Assembly: GCA_023334545.1 (NCBI GenBank)
Contig: JAADVB010000113.1
Coordinates: forward strand, 1 to 56,342
DNA: 56,342 nt
Direction: 5' to 3'
DNA from: Salisapilia sapeloensis CBS 127946
Lineage: Eukaryota > Protista > Oomycota
The notes under the pieces were generated by a model. That model did no database searches and was not told the DNA's origin. It saw nothing but the letters and a program-made list of their open reading frames with translations. How positions within the stretch are numbered: the first letter of the stretch is position 1; each line of letters opens with the position of its first letter. The translations under genes and the position numbers were made by a program. Below, one piece after another: positions 1 through 10,736 of the stretch.

Positions 1-241
1 CTCCGAGAGGCTTGGAGCTCTGACCAAAGCCACGCAGGTCCGGCACGATGAGCCGGTAGAGCGGGGACAATGCCTGGATCTGGTGACGCCAGCCGAACCA
101 GAAATCGGGCCAACCGTGGACCAGGACGACCGGCTGCGCATCCTTCGGGCCTACTTCGACGTAATGGAGGTTAATTCCATTGCCAACCTCAACACTCTTG
201 TGCTCGTCCCAGGACTTCCAAATCTTTTCGTCGACGACCAT
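1..241 (-). CDS. Epoxide hydrolase-like alpha/beta hydrolase, N-terminal part (runs off the left edge)
   Basis: Manual translation from ATG at 241: MVVDEKIWKSWDEHKSVEVGNGINLHYVEVGPKDAQPVVLVHGWPDFWFGWRHQIQALSPLYRLIVPDLRGFGQSSKPLG. Contains the HGWP oxyanion motif and PDLRGFG, typical of soluble epoxide hydrolases. Not in the ORF track. Confidence 0.9.
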   Translation of the reverse strand, partial: MVVDEKIWKSWDEHKSVEVGNGINLHYVEVGPKDAQPVVLVHGWPDFWFGWRHQIQALSPLYRLIVPDLRGFGQSSKPLG

Positions 242-2189
242 GCTTGTAGAACTTGCGATGTAGATAACTTTTTCGCAAATGAGACTGATGGCTTTGAGCC
301 CACTCTCGTTTACGTATCGTTTTTTTCGTAAAAGTGGCTACATCGTGACGTTGTACTCGGCGTCAACTTCAATTTTGATAGCGTCAGCATGGGTTTGCGT
401 CTATCTGCGAAAATCTTTCTTGCCAGCCTACATTAATTTGACCGTATCTATTGGAACGTGGTGTATTCTTAAGATGTCTTCCAGTCTATAAATGGAAAAT
501 AAGATTCGATTGCAATTGGTGTAGTAAATGCTTTGGGTCATGTTTTTAACAAATTTGATATTGCAATTCGCATATCGGAGCTTCAGTGAGATCAGTTTGA
601 GATAAAGGTTATAGACATGTGCCTTATCCGCGTACAACTAGTCTGCGTTCACTTGTTATCATTGACAATTATATACATCGAAGTGCCTGGTCGGCAAATT
701 TATAGGAAATTTTCGTCATCATGTACAATTTGCTGTAAATGCTTCATCGTGAAGCGAGCTTATGATATAAAAGTACTGTCAAGGTATAAATGTGGCAGTC
801 GTGTGCAGTTATCTGTGGCTTATTCATTTTTTTGCCTGCGGTACGTAGTTAAAGTGGCGAGAATGGATCGCGGGCCATTCTGTTGATCAAGCGCACCAGC
901 TCATGAGGCGCACAAATTAGCTGCTTTGTTCTACAAAAGTGAGTGAAAACACATGAGCATTGATAGGTGGGATAGTTTTCACGCGTAAATCGGAAAGAGT
1001 TCCTATGTCAAGCAAGAGGCACGTGATGCTAAAGGACTGGAAATTTAGCCTTTTCACATGTATCTTACAAAGTACAGTATCCTGCGTGTCGATTCATTTC
1101 AGGATCTCCATACACCATATGTTAGGTTGGATTTTATTTCGAGACATGCAAGTGCGGCTATTGATATTGGCTGCTTCCATCGATAAGCACGCTCGTTTCC
1201 CTTATAGGCTAAACTTTTATTATTTCTTAAAACTTGGAACACTGGAGCGTGAAAGCTAGCACAAGCTAAAGCTTGAGAATACCACTCCGAAGTGGGTCGT
1301 CATGTTGGTCTTAACAAATTAAACGTTTACGTCAAACGCGAACATAGCTCAGGCGGACACTTGGCATCTCTATGTCGTTCCGAGAGCTCATGAGACAAGG
1401 ATACGAACATCAGTCATCCTGAACTTTGAGTCGATTGTCGGAACGGCATAATCTTGCACAATCTATTGCAAATGTCTTCGTCAGTAATTTATAATTTACT
1501 GCTAGTTTTTCATCATTCATCAATGTTTTCTTACTGCCATCGTTGCCTCGTGAATGCTATTCATACATACCATCGCACTAAGCGATACGTGGTAGAGTGC
1601 TTACAGTTTATTTGGAACGAGTCTACACACAAATATAATCTAGTCCATTCTATTTGTCCGCCTTGCAAAGTGCCCTGAAAAAGATGACTCTTTTTTTAAT
1701 GCAGCTTAGCATACTATATACCACAGTCAATTCCGATGACGATATTTGACAAGTAGCAATAGCAGTAAAGGAATAAAAGGCCGGCATATTAAAATGTGGA
1801 AACCTACGCTACACAAACAACTTGCACTATTTGTGGAGCTTCACTTAGATGATAAGCAAGGCAAACCCAACCAATCCTTTGGCGCTGTATCAGCAGTGTT
1901 GCGCTTTCTTGTAAGCACAACAAGGTTCTAGCGTAGCACAAGAGAAGTGCTCTTCAAAAAGTAGAAACAGCAAAAGCCACGAAGATGTATTTGTGGCGAC
2001 TCCAAGTTAATTTGATACGCGAGAGGCCTATTTCAGCTATAACGTTGTACTATAAACTAGCAGCCTCTAGGTAGCACATACAGAAACTAAATGCTCAAGC
2101 TAATAAATCTATTGTAAAAACTGTCCTGCCTTAAAGAAGGTATGACATATTACAAACGAATATAGCATTCATAATGAAGCACCCACAGT

Positions 2190-2953
2190 TTACTCGCCAT
2201 TCTCGAGCGCATTTGCTTGCTCTTTTCTTCTTTTCTTCTTCTTTTTCTCATCGTTCACCTGCTTTGTAAACAGCAAGATAGCACAGTTCTCGCACACTCG
2301 TAGTTTGACAAGACATTGCTTGACCTCGCCCTCCTCTTTATATTTGAATGGAACTTCATAGCTATTGAGCCCTTGTTTGTCACCGCACTTCTTGTTTCCG
2401 CACACAAACTGACCTTTTCCATTCTTCACTTCCATCGCGGTGCGCCATCGGAGGCCGATGCGACCTGTGGATGCAGCCTCGGACAAGTCTGCCAATGCGT
2501 ACTCGCGAAAGAGTTTTTGATAGTATCGAACACTCATACGAGTAATCCAGTCGTGCTCCCCTTTCTTGCCATCCTCTTCCTCATCTCGAAGAAACTGAAA
2601 ATGAGAACGCAAGAGCTCCAAGTCACTTGCTGTAGATGCGGACATCTCCTCTCTATTTGGAGCCTTTTGTACTTGCATCAAGCGCTGGTGTCTATATGCG
2701 TGCTTATCAGCTTATATTTCTTTTCATTTACTTTTACAGCACTAAAGTATCCTTGTAAAGTGTTCGTTTGAATGCTATCATAAGGAGGACGCAATACGTC
2801 ACAAATGCATCTCAAAATTGACACTGTATAGATATAGGGAAATTTTGTAGTATGTACATACGCTTGGAAGAGCTGGGTATCGTCACTACCTTTCTCAGCT
2901 TGGTCGGACTGCGTTCGAGACCTCTTGCGGTCTGATCTCTTCGGTGTGCTCAT
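2190..2953 (-). CDS. FRA10AC1: FRA10AC1 homologue (spliceosome-associated), 2 exons
   Basis: Motifs YYQKLFREYALADLS, GLRWRT, GKGQFVCGNKKC, YEVPFKYKE and LVKLRVCENC. Model join(2862..2953, 2190..2691) with a GTATGT...ATAG intron at 2692-2861 keeps the frame (LFQA|HQRLMQVQK). Confidence 0.88.
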
Positions 2954-3894
2954 TTTGGTGTTTTGTGCTTTCAAGTCTGGTATGCAGCAGTTTCTATTGG
3001 ACAGTATATCAATGTTTTACACTGCTATCGATATTATGATCCATCCTCGAGGTTTCAAATGTACTTGCTTATGCTGGCATACTCCATAAATCCATTATAA
3101 CTTGTTCGCTACTGACATGATGGTGAGGCTAGTTTAAATGCTTCAGCGCTATGTTGTATTTGCGGTATCCAATCTCTATGATCCACCAGACTGAGATACT
3201 AGGGTAGGAAATAGATCGGAGATAGCATAGACCTTAACGGTACTACCATTCAAAGCTGTGTGATGTGCCTTGTCATACATTAGTTTCCTCTGAAAGGGTC
3301 TATGTAGGGACGCTCCATAAAGGACCCATGTGTGAATTTCCCTGTAAAGGATCTCCATAAAACGGCTCTCTGTCGTCGATGAGTCAAAGGCTTGTCTCTC
3401 GTGTGAGCTTTATTTCTGATCGGACGATGTTTAGCCGTCGGACATAACGATCTTCTGACAATTAAACGTGAAACCGAAGTTTGATCTGTTGTTCTTGTGC
3501 AAATGGCCAATTGTGTGCCTAAATCAACGCATACCGCCTCACTCGAACAAACTTGGGAGTTTAAGCAAGCGACAGCTATGATTTAAAAAGACGAATAAAG
3601 CTGAAAATAATTTGTTGCGACGGTACCAAAGTTGTACAGAAGGTGAAACTTCAGGAATTTCGAGGCCACGAGTATGCACTCACTCAAGCTTTCGCCTAAT
3701 GCTTTATGCACACTCACGTTTCTTGTTCAAAGCAATGTAATTCAATCAAGACGCAAGGTCCGACAAGAAATGCTGATCCCTCTTTTCTTTTCTTGCATCT
3801 CCGGTACTGTGCCGGTACATTTACCGCGATGTGCAAGATAATGCATATAGAGAATGGCCACACTTTTCGATCCAGCCGCAGCTCAGTTTTGACG

Positions 3895-5502
3895 ATGCGC
3901 TCCAGAGGTTCGGCCGTAAACGGCAATGGAGAAGTTCGGCCTCTAATGCAGTCGGATGAAGCGAATAGCTCGACCAAGAACCCTTTCCTATACACGACAC
4001 CTCTGTCATACTACGAGATCATTAAAATGACCATTATGTGCCTCTTGGGTGTGCCTCTGTGGCGAGTTATATTGCTTACGATCAATTTCCTTGTCATCGG
4101 CTTCGTTGGCTACACCTCCTTGATCGGATTCACACCCATTGACCCAGTAACCAAGAGACGTAACCCTCTCCCGACCTGGCGTGTCTGGGCTTCGTCTCCA
4201 GTCCCCATTCTCCTCCGTTTTGCCTTATTCATCATTGGCTTCTACTGGATCCCAGTGATCCGACCAGCTCATGGCAAGGCTGCCTCGAAGTTTTCAATGC
4301 TCTGCGGACGTTTTAACCACGAACAAGTGCAACCGCTGATCATCAGTAATCACGTCTCTTTTCTCGATGGCGTCTACTACGCAGCGACACTGGCGCCATC
4401 TATCGCTATGAAAGCAGAGATGGCTGAACTTCCGATCTTTGGTCGCATACTACAGCTGTGGTCACCTCTTCTAATCAATCGCTTTTCACCCGAAGGCCGC
4501 CATCAGGCACTTGAGGACATCCAAGACCATATTCGCAACCACGAGTTACCACCTCTCTTACTGTTTCCTGAAGGAACGACATCGAACCAACATTATTTGA
4601 CAAAATTTAAAGTCGGCGCTTTCACGGCTGGATCTCCAGTCTCGCCCATCGTCATCACGTACCCGAACAAGCATCATGACTTGAGCTGGGTGCCAGGTGT
4701 CAATACCTTGGGTATGCTTTTCCGAACACTATGTCAAGTGTACAATCGTATGGAAGTCCGGTGCTTGCCTCCATACTTTCCGTCTGAATTTGAAAAACAG
4801 CACCCGGCACAATTTGCTGAGAATGTGCGACAACAAATGGCGCAAGCACAGGGTATGCACTGCACGAACCACGCGTTTGAAGACGTCACGTTACTGTTCC
4901 AAGCAAAGGGAATTAACTATGCCAACAAATATCTCGTATCTTTAACGGATGTCGGAGAAATCCGGAGCTTGACGGCGTTAAGGAATGCAGAAATTGGTGC
5001 TCTCGTCAAGTACTTTCGAGAGCACGATACCGATGCTGACGGCAAGTTATCTCCTGCTGAACTAGCGAAGCTGTTTCCAGAAGAAAGTAAGGAAATGCTC
5101 ATTCGGTTGACAGAAGTCTTAGACACGAATGGAGATGGTAGTATCGATTTCAGGGAATTGTGTTATGCGCTACAGCACTTGAATACTGGAAGGCAAGAGT
5201 GTGCTGAAAGCATGATCAAGTTTGCTTTTGACCTCTTCGACCTGAATGGCGATGGCAACTTGGACATGGAAGAGTTGAGGCAGATGGTTGGTGCAAATGA
5301 AGTGCTGTTTGGCATGCAAGCAGCGCAAGTGGACGATATCCAGGCAAAGATAGAGAACAGGCAAGATGGGATGCAGTTTGAAGAATTTGAGCGTCTAGTC
5401 CAAGAACGACCGAGCTTGCTTGGATTCGCCAAGAGCAAGTTGGAGACATTAAAAGGTATCTCAACGTTAGAGGACACTGGTCATACAACGAAGATGGAGT
5501 AG
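3895..5502 (+). CDS. LPCAT: Lysophospholipid acyltransferase (LPCAT/LPEAT-type) with C-terminal EF-hands
   Basis: N-terminal hydrophobic segment, NHVSFLD (HxxxxD) and FPEGTTSN acyltransferase motifs, EF-hand loops DTDADGKLSPAEL, DTNGDGSIDFREL and DLNGDGNLDMEEL. Start uncertain (ATG 3895 preferred; the ORF is open from 3706). Confidence 0.9.
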   Translation: MRSRGSAVNGNGEVRPLMQSDEANSSTKNPFLYTTPLSYYEIIKMTIMCLLGVPLWRVILLTINFLVIGFVGYTSLIGFTPIDPVTKRRNPLPTWRVWASSPVPILLRFALFIIGFYWIPVIRPAHGKAASKFSMLCGRFNHEQVQPLIISNHVSFLDGVYYAATLAPSIAMKAEMAELPIFGRILQLWSPLLINRFSPEGRHQALEDIQDHIRNHELPPLLLFPEGTTSNQHYLTKFKVGAFTAGSPVSPIVITYPNKHHDLSWVPGVNTLGMLFRTLCQVYNRMEVRCLPPYFPSEFEKQHPAQFAENVRQQMAQAQGMHCTNHAFEDVTLLFQAKGINYANKYLVSLTDVGEIRSLTALRNAEIGALVKYFREHDTDADGKLSPAELAKLFPEESKEMLIRLTEVLDTNGDGSIDFRELCYALQHLNTGRQECAESMIKFAFDLFDLNGDGNLDMEELRQMVGANEVLFGMQAAQVDDIQAKIENRQDGMQFEEFERLVQERPSLLGFAKSKLETLKGISTLEDTGHTTKME

Positions 5503-5541
5503 AAAAGTGTCGTATTTGATTCAAAAGTTTATCGGTTGCTC

Positions 5542-6933
5542 CTATTTGAATTCGCAATTTTTGTATTCTCCCTCGACAACAGGTCTGGCCGTTTTCTTCG
5601 GCTTGTGGTATTCTGGCTGTTCGGTAGCTACTGGCGTATCCTCTTGTTCGTAGTTGTGAGGGGTTAAAGTGGGCGTTGAAGCGTAGGTTTGGCTCGGTTC
5701 TGGTGCTTCCACGATAGTTGGTCCATCAGTGGATACGGTAGAGTAGTTGTCACTTGACTCTGATGCTTTCGTGACGATGGGTTCGTCAGTGGATACGGTC
5801 GGATAGCTTTCACTTGTAGTTTCTGGCGTGTCTTTTTCTTCCGCTTCAAAGTCTGGTGTCTCGTAGTCTAGCGTTTCGACCGGCGAAGCATATTCGACGA
5901 TTTCCGTATCTGCCACAGGCGCTTGTCCTCCATTACGAACAGGATATCCATCGTTCCATAAAATCTGGAAGAGTTCAGGGAAGAAAACGCCTGCACCTTT
6001 GGACTCATTCTCAATCGATTGTGGGTGTTCGTATCCGTTGCCTTCATGCTTGCAGTCACTATCTCCCTGTGGCTTGATCCACATCTTGTAGTGGCAGTTG
6101 TCACCACCAATCTCCTGTGGCACGTCTCCGATGCCTGCTCCCTTATAGTTGCACCATTCGTCGTCATCACTCGGGCCATTCCCATTACGCGATGTATCAA
6201 AAATGCAGCCATATGCGGTGCCAGCGTCGTTCACAAACTTCTCGCAGAGTTCCTCTAACTCATCGTTGGTACGGTAGTTTGAAGTGTTGATCGTTATCCC
6301 TTTGACTTTACTCCCTGCTTCTGCCAGCAGTTTGAATTGCTCAACAACCTGTTGACGCTGTTCATCATCCTCCAGAGTCCAGTATCCGCAGTCCACATAA
6401 ATTTCAGCGTGCTCATTCTGAGAAAGTTTCTCGACTGCGGTGATCATGTTGTTGACGTAGTCTGCTTGAATACCACAGTCCGTATCCTTGCTCACATAGA
6501 GCCCGATCGCGTCCGGCTCGAAAATGTAGATCGGCTTTTGTTTTTCTGTAGCAGCAACGATCGTATCGATGAAGGAGCCATACTCGTCAGCATTTGTAAC
6601 CCGACTGCCCACTTGAGAGTGACCTGCTTGGCAATCCTTGTCAGGTAGACCATAGACGACGACAGTAGTTTTCTTATCACTGCCGTCACATGCCTCTTGG
6701 ATGTTTCGAGCAGTGTCTTCGTTAGAGCCATCTTCGTCGCGGTCGGTATACCAAGTAGCAATCCCGTACTTGTTAAGCCAATCCAACTTCTCAGCTAGCA
6801 TTGGATACGTCTTGCTTGCTTTCACATACGTCGGGGGAGGCAGCGTGCAGAAAGCAGAGTCGTGATACTCTGAAGCAAGTACTTCCGTAGCGATTAATGC
6901 CGCAGCAATAAGTCGGAATCGTCGGTAGACCAT
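5542..6933 (-). CDS. Secreted glycoside hydrolase family 6 (cellulase-like) with acidic Ser/Thr/Pro-rich C-terminal tail
   Basis: Signal peptide MVYRRFRLIAAALIATEVLA; GH6 motifs YGLPDKDC, IFEPDAIG, INTSNY, DTSRNG, WCN and WIKPQGDSD; low-complexity tail; no CBM1. Confidence 0.9.
   Translation of the reverse strand: MVYRRFRLIAAALIATEVLASEYHDSAFCTLPPPTYVKASKTYPMLAEKLDWLNKYGIATWYTDRDEDGSNEDTARNIQEACDGSDKKTTVVVYGLPDKDCQAGHSQVGSRVTNADEYGSFIDTIVAATEKQKPIYIFEPDAIGLYVSKDTDCGIQADYVNNMITAVEKLSQNEHAEIYVDCGYWTLEDDEQRQQVVEQFKLLAEAGSKVKGITINTSNYRTNDELEELCEKFVNDAGTAYGCIFDTSRNGNGPSDDDEWCNYKGAGIGDVPQEIGGDNCHYKMWIKPQGDSDCKHEGNGYEHPQSIENESKGAGVFFPELFQILWNDGYPVRNGGQAPVADTEIVEYASPVETLDYETPDFEAEEKDTPETTSESYPTVSTDEPIVTKASESSDNYSTVSTDGPTIVEAPEPSQTYASTPTLTPHNYEQEDTPVATEQPEYHKPKKTARPVVEGEYKNCEFK
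5701..5820. repeat. Two degenerate 60-bp tandem units inside the GH6 linker
   Basis: 5701-5760 and 5761-5820 align in register (shared core tcagtggatacggt and cacttg), encoding TTSESYPTVSTDEPIVTKAS and ESSDNYSTVSTDGPTIVEAP. Confidence 0.8.
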
Positions 6934-6967
6934 TATCGATGCAGATAGAGGCTTGGAGACTTGGAGG

Positions 6968-6983
6968 GAAATGTAGGAATGAA
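6968..6983 (-). promoter_or_regulatory. Oomycete INR+FPR core promoter upstream of GH6 gene 1
   Basis: Minus strand reads ttcattcctacatttc, matching YCATTYY-N(2-3)-AWTTY, about 35-50 nt before the ATG at 6933. Confidence 0.7.
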
Positions 6984-7360
6984 ATGAACGAGAGGAGTGC
7001 ATTCGAGGTGCTGGATTACTAAACTAAAGAAGCTAGCGGTTACATGTAAAACGTACGTCTACTGTACGACTGCGAGGTTACTTGACTTGGATCACTGATT
7101 TCTTTCTGTAAATATCTCATTTCTTTCAAAAGATCGAGCGTATCGTTCGAATGATATAAGTACGTGGCGACTTTTCAATCAAGCAACATGCACGCAAGGT
7201 ACACGAAATAGCTGTCAGAAACATATAGAGCCTAGAATGAATATTTGGGGCAGACGTAGCGAAAGACGTTGGCATGATAGCGACTGTTGTCCAATTTTTA
7301 TCCTTAAGAAGTAAGCCTGATCATCGATCGACAGCGACAATTCTTCTAGTGTAAAAGATC

Positions 7361-7802
7361 CTACGCCTGCTTGTTAGCAGTCGCCTCTCGCCTCGCTGCG
7401 TCTTGCAAAAGTTCCGTATCCACTTCTGCTCTCGGGAGCTGAATATACCGAATGGCACTACCTCGAAGGAAGCAGTTTTTCATGTTCATCTAAAGTTCAA
7501 GTCGATTTGTTTAATTAGTTAGGCCAGTCGAACTGTAGTATGTATGGGTGGAAGTGTACCAGCTGAGGGAACTTTTCTCCTTCGACGACCGAGACGTTGT
7601 TAAGCTTTACATTCAGGTACTGGTCGACGGATTGGAGCGTGCCCATCAAAGCAACATCGTTCTTGAGCTCAACAGCGACTTCTTTGCCCACGAGAGTCTT
7701 GAAAAAGGAGTAAAAGAGCTATTGCGTATACAAGGTGGTTTCGTGGAGAGATAATGAGTGAGTCGGATGCAGAACATGAGGCCCATAGCAGGATCGTACC
7801 AT
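7361..7802 (-). CDS. LSM2: U6 snRNA-associated Sm-like protein LSm2, 3 exons
   Basis: join(7800..7802, 7560..7718, 7361..7489) gives MLFYSFFKTLVGKEVAVELKNDVALMGTLQSVDQYLNVKLNNVSVVEGEKFPQLMNMKNCFLRGSAIRYIQLPRAEVDTELLQDAARREATANKQA*. GT-AG introns at 7719-7799 and 7490-7559. Missed by the ORF track. Confidence 0.95.
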
Positions 7803-9568
7803 TTTGTGTGTCTCTTGTTGTTTTCTTGGTCCGAGTTCATGAAAGTTTTTTGCTACGTACAACTTTCTTGCAACCTTGGTACTTTGCTGAAACATTGTGT
7901 TCATAGCAAGAAGTAAATGACAGAGCAGGAGCACATATGAAATAAATGACCAAATTGGGGTCCTAATTACTGAAGTAGAAGTACGAAGCGGTACCTATCA
8001 CTAGATTACCGGTAATACAATCCATTCGTATCCGAAGAAACTAGCAGCCCGCACATACACATAGCACTCAAGATGGTTTGCAGTGAGTTACCTGATGACA
8101 TTCCAGCGTCTAGGAGCGGCATGGGAATGGATGCGCGTGCTGCGTAGGAAGAACAGGTACCTGCGTCTAAAAAAATCGACACAAGGAAGGCATGCACACC
8201 GACGACTAAAGACAAGTTGACTTTCAGAGCTGAACTATCATTTGGTAGCATTTGACGCTTCTTTCCAAAACTAAAGCTAAATATTCCACTCCGATAGGAA
8301 AATATCATGCTCAACTACCCTCAAGGCTGGTATCTGAATCGGATATATGGCACTCTTTAATGCGATGGCATTGCACAAGTCACTTTGATTACTAAAACGT
8401 GGTAACCCGGCACCGAGGATACGTCACTTAATCATTTTATGAGCGCAACTCCGTACTACAGCGTTGATCTTGCGTTTGATGGAAGCTGTTGCCTTCTCGA
8501 GTATCCGTAATTTGTACGCAAGCCCGCTTTATTCCCGCTTTAGCTCAGAGACTCGATCAGTCAACGCAATCAGCAACTCCAAGTCTATGCAACGAGAATT
8601 CCGTCCGCGGCTTCTGACCTAGATGAAGTCCGGTAAGATGCTTACCCATACCATCCATTCTCTAAATTATTTGCTTAGAGCTATCTTCACATGCAGGCAA
8701 ATCAAGCTAAATTTCTACGAAGGCATATAGTGTGGAAATGCATTTAGCTGGGCTGTGAACGATGAATATTTTCCAAACGCTTCGCTAAAAATGGATCTGA
8801 CGATCTGCACACAGCAAACGAGACATACTCCTGCTTGAAGACAGTCACTGGATGTCGTCTCCTAATGCTACACGCTGAAAATAGATAGCTGAATGGCATG
8901 ACCCATTCACTAACTTTGCAATAGAGGTAGCCGTGTACTTGGCGCTGGGGAATTCAACAGCACCAACTATATTACTGAGCGCGCATATAACACGTTACTC
9001 TCATCTTGTCACTTGCTGCCGAAATCTGTACAATCAAAATATTGACGAAGTAGCATGGTTGATATCCAAATGTTCTTACTCTATCATCGGTTCAATTTTT
9101 AAGCACTTGCACGAGACAGAGCTCTCAAAGCTCCCTCTAGTGCCCAAATGCCCAACTAGCTACGATGCAATGTACCTATTAGCGACAGCTGGATTCTCGG
9201 TAACGGGTTCAATCACGGTGACGCAGACAGCTGGATTATCGGAATTGACATCAACTACGTTGATGTGGGATTAAGGTCGATCTTAGACAGGAACGTTCAA
9301 GGCGAATACGAATGTAAGATTGAAGATGATCCATGAGTATTTGAGTGGACAATGCACCAAGCGAGTGGAAGTCTTAACCTTCGAATGAAGTATAGTAAAT
9401 TGCGCGTCGGAATGACCATCTTCCCGCACGGCTTATAGAGAAGCTGCCTCAAAGCAATATGGGATCAGACTTCAGGGAGCGATGCTGACGACTGTACTAC
9501 TTTAATGCAACTCGTGTCGACATCGCTCCTCTTTGAGACTTCGGAGCTCACCAAGACTTCATGTCAAT

Positions 9569-9584
9569 CTCATTCTCCAATTTG
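9569..9584 (+). promoter_or_regulatory. Oomycete INR+FPR core promoter upstream of GH6 gene 2
   Basis: ctcattctccaatttg, a close match to the consensus, about 45-60 nt before the ATG at 9627. Confidence 0.75.
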
Positions 9585-9626
9585 CGCTGCACCAAGTACA
9601 TCTGAAAACCTTCATCCAACCGAACT

Positions 9627-10736
9627 ATGCTACGAGAGTTCAAGACTGCATTAATCGCCATGGCTGCCCTGGGTCTGTCTGTTGTTTCTGGTCAATCCTT
9701 TTGCTCTGTCACGCCAAGATCGTACACCGAAGCGATGTCCCAACACCCAGAAATGGCTGAGGCTCTGAAAGCCGTTGCTTCGCAAGGTATTGCGACATGG
9801 TACACTGATGACGGTGACTACACGTCCGTTGTCCACGAGCTCATCAGTGGATGCTACGATACATCTCAGCGAGTCACTATTATCGTCTACGGACTACCGA
9901 ACAAGGATTGTGATGCTAGCTTCTCGAACAACGGCAGCAACCAAAACAAGGGAGACTACTTGAATTACATTCGCCAGCTAGTGGACGCTGTCGGAAACCG
10001 ACCGGTTTTGTACGTTTTCGAACCTGATGCAGTTGGGTTGCTTGCTGACGCGCCGTGCGCACAACAGAACAACTACGAAGAAAACATGGCCGCCGGTATC
10101 GAGCTCTTGGCGTCCAACCCGAACGCCGACATTTACACGGATGTCGGATACTGGACACTTACAGGAAACGACCAAACAGACCGCGTCGCGAAGGTTGTCA
10201 AGAAGCTATCAGACGCTTCCAACGGCAAAGTGAAAGGTGTCACGCTGAACACGTCCAACTACCGTCCGAATGCGGAGATGTCAGCCTATTGCGCGAACTT
10301 TAAGGCGTCCTACGCGAAAGCTGGTGGAAACGGAAACAGTGTTGGCTGCATTGTAGACTCCTCCCGGAATTTCAATGACAACCCAACCAGTACTGAATGG
10401 TGCAATGCCAACTTTGGTGGCATCGGTCGTCCACCCACTTCCAACACTGGAATTGAACACATCGATTTCCTCTTCTATGGCAAGATTCCGGGTGAAAGTG
10501 ACGGCGAGTGCAATGGTCAAAGCGCAGACAGTATGATTGGACCCGGTGCAGGACAGTTCTTCCCAGAGCACTTCAAGTTGCTGTGGAACAACGGGTACTT
10601 TGTCAGCCAAGGTCAATCGCAGATCTATTCGACTCTGTCCGGCGCCTTGAACAACGCCTCTACTCCTTCATTGGAGCAAATGAACGCTGTGCCTGAGACA
10701 GCGCCTTCACCGATGGCCACTCCTAGGTATTACTAG
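9627..10736 (+). CDS. Secreted glycoside hydrolase family 6 (cellulase-like)
   Basis: Signal peptide MLREFKTALIAMAALGLSVVSG; motifs YGLPNKDC, VFEPDAVG, LNTSNY, DSSRN, WCN and KIPGESDG; short Pro/Ala/Thr tail; no CBM1. Confidence 0.93.
   Translation: MLREFKTALIAMAALGLSVVSGQSFCSVTPRSYTEAMSQHPEMAEALKAVASQGIATWYTDDGDYTSVVHELISGCYDTSQRVTIIVYGLPNKDCDASFSNNGSNQNKGDYLNYIRQLVDAVGNRPVLYVFEPDAVGLLADAPCAQQNNYEENMAAGIELLASNPNADIYTDVGYWTLTGNDQTDRVAKVVKKLSDASNGKVKGVTLNTSNYRPNAEMSAYCANFKASYAKAGGNGNSVGCIVDSSRNFNDNPTSTEWCNANFGGIGRPPTSNTGIEHIDFLFYGKIPGESDGECNGQSADSMIGPGAGQFFPEHFKLLWNNGYFVSQGQSQIYSTLSGALNNASTPSLEQMNAVPETAPSPMATPRYY

Noticed and set aside
7548-7754. 68-aa plus-strand ORF MEVYQLRELF...
   Set aside because: Antisense shadow of LSM2 exon 2.
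8534-8548. cccgctttagctcag, resembling a tRNA 5' end and D-arm
   Set aside because: No anticodon arm, T-loop (GTTCRA) or matching acceptor stem follows.
9184-9242. Direct repeat gacagctggatt.tcgg, two copies 42 bp apart
   Set aside because: Only two short copies and no array; not CRISPR-like and possibly chance.
8933-9274. 113-aa ORF with faint resemblance to a hAT transposase segment (KCPTSYDAMYLL)
   Set aside because: Lacks the TRWNS core and catalytic residues, GTG start, no terminal inverted repeats seen.
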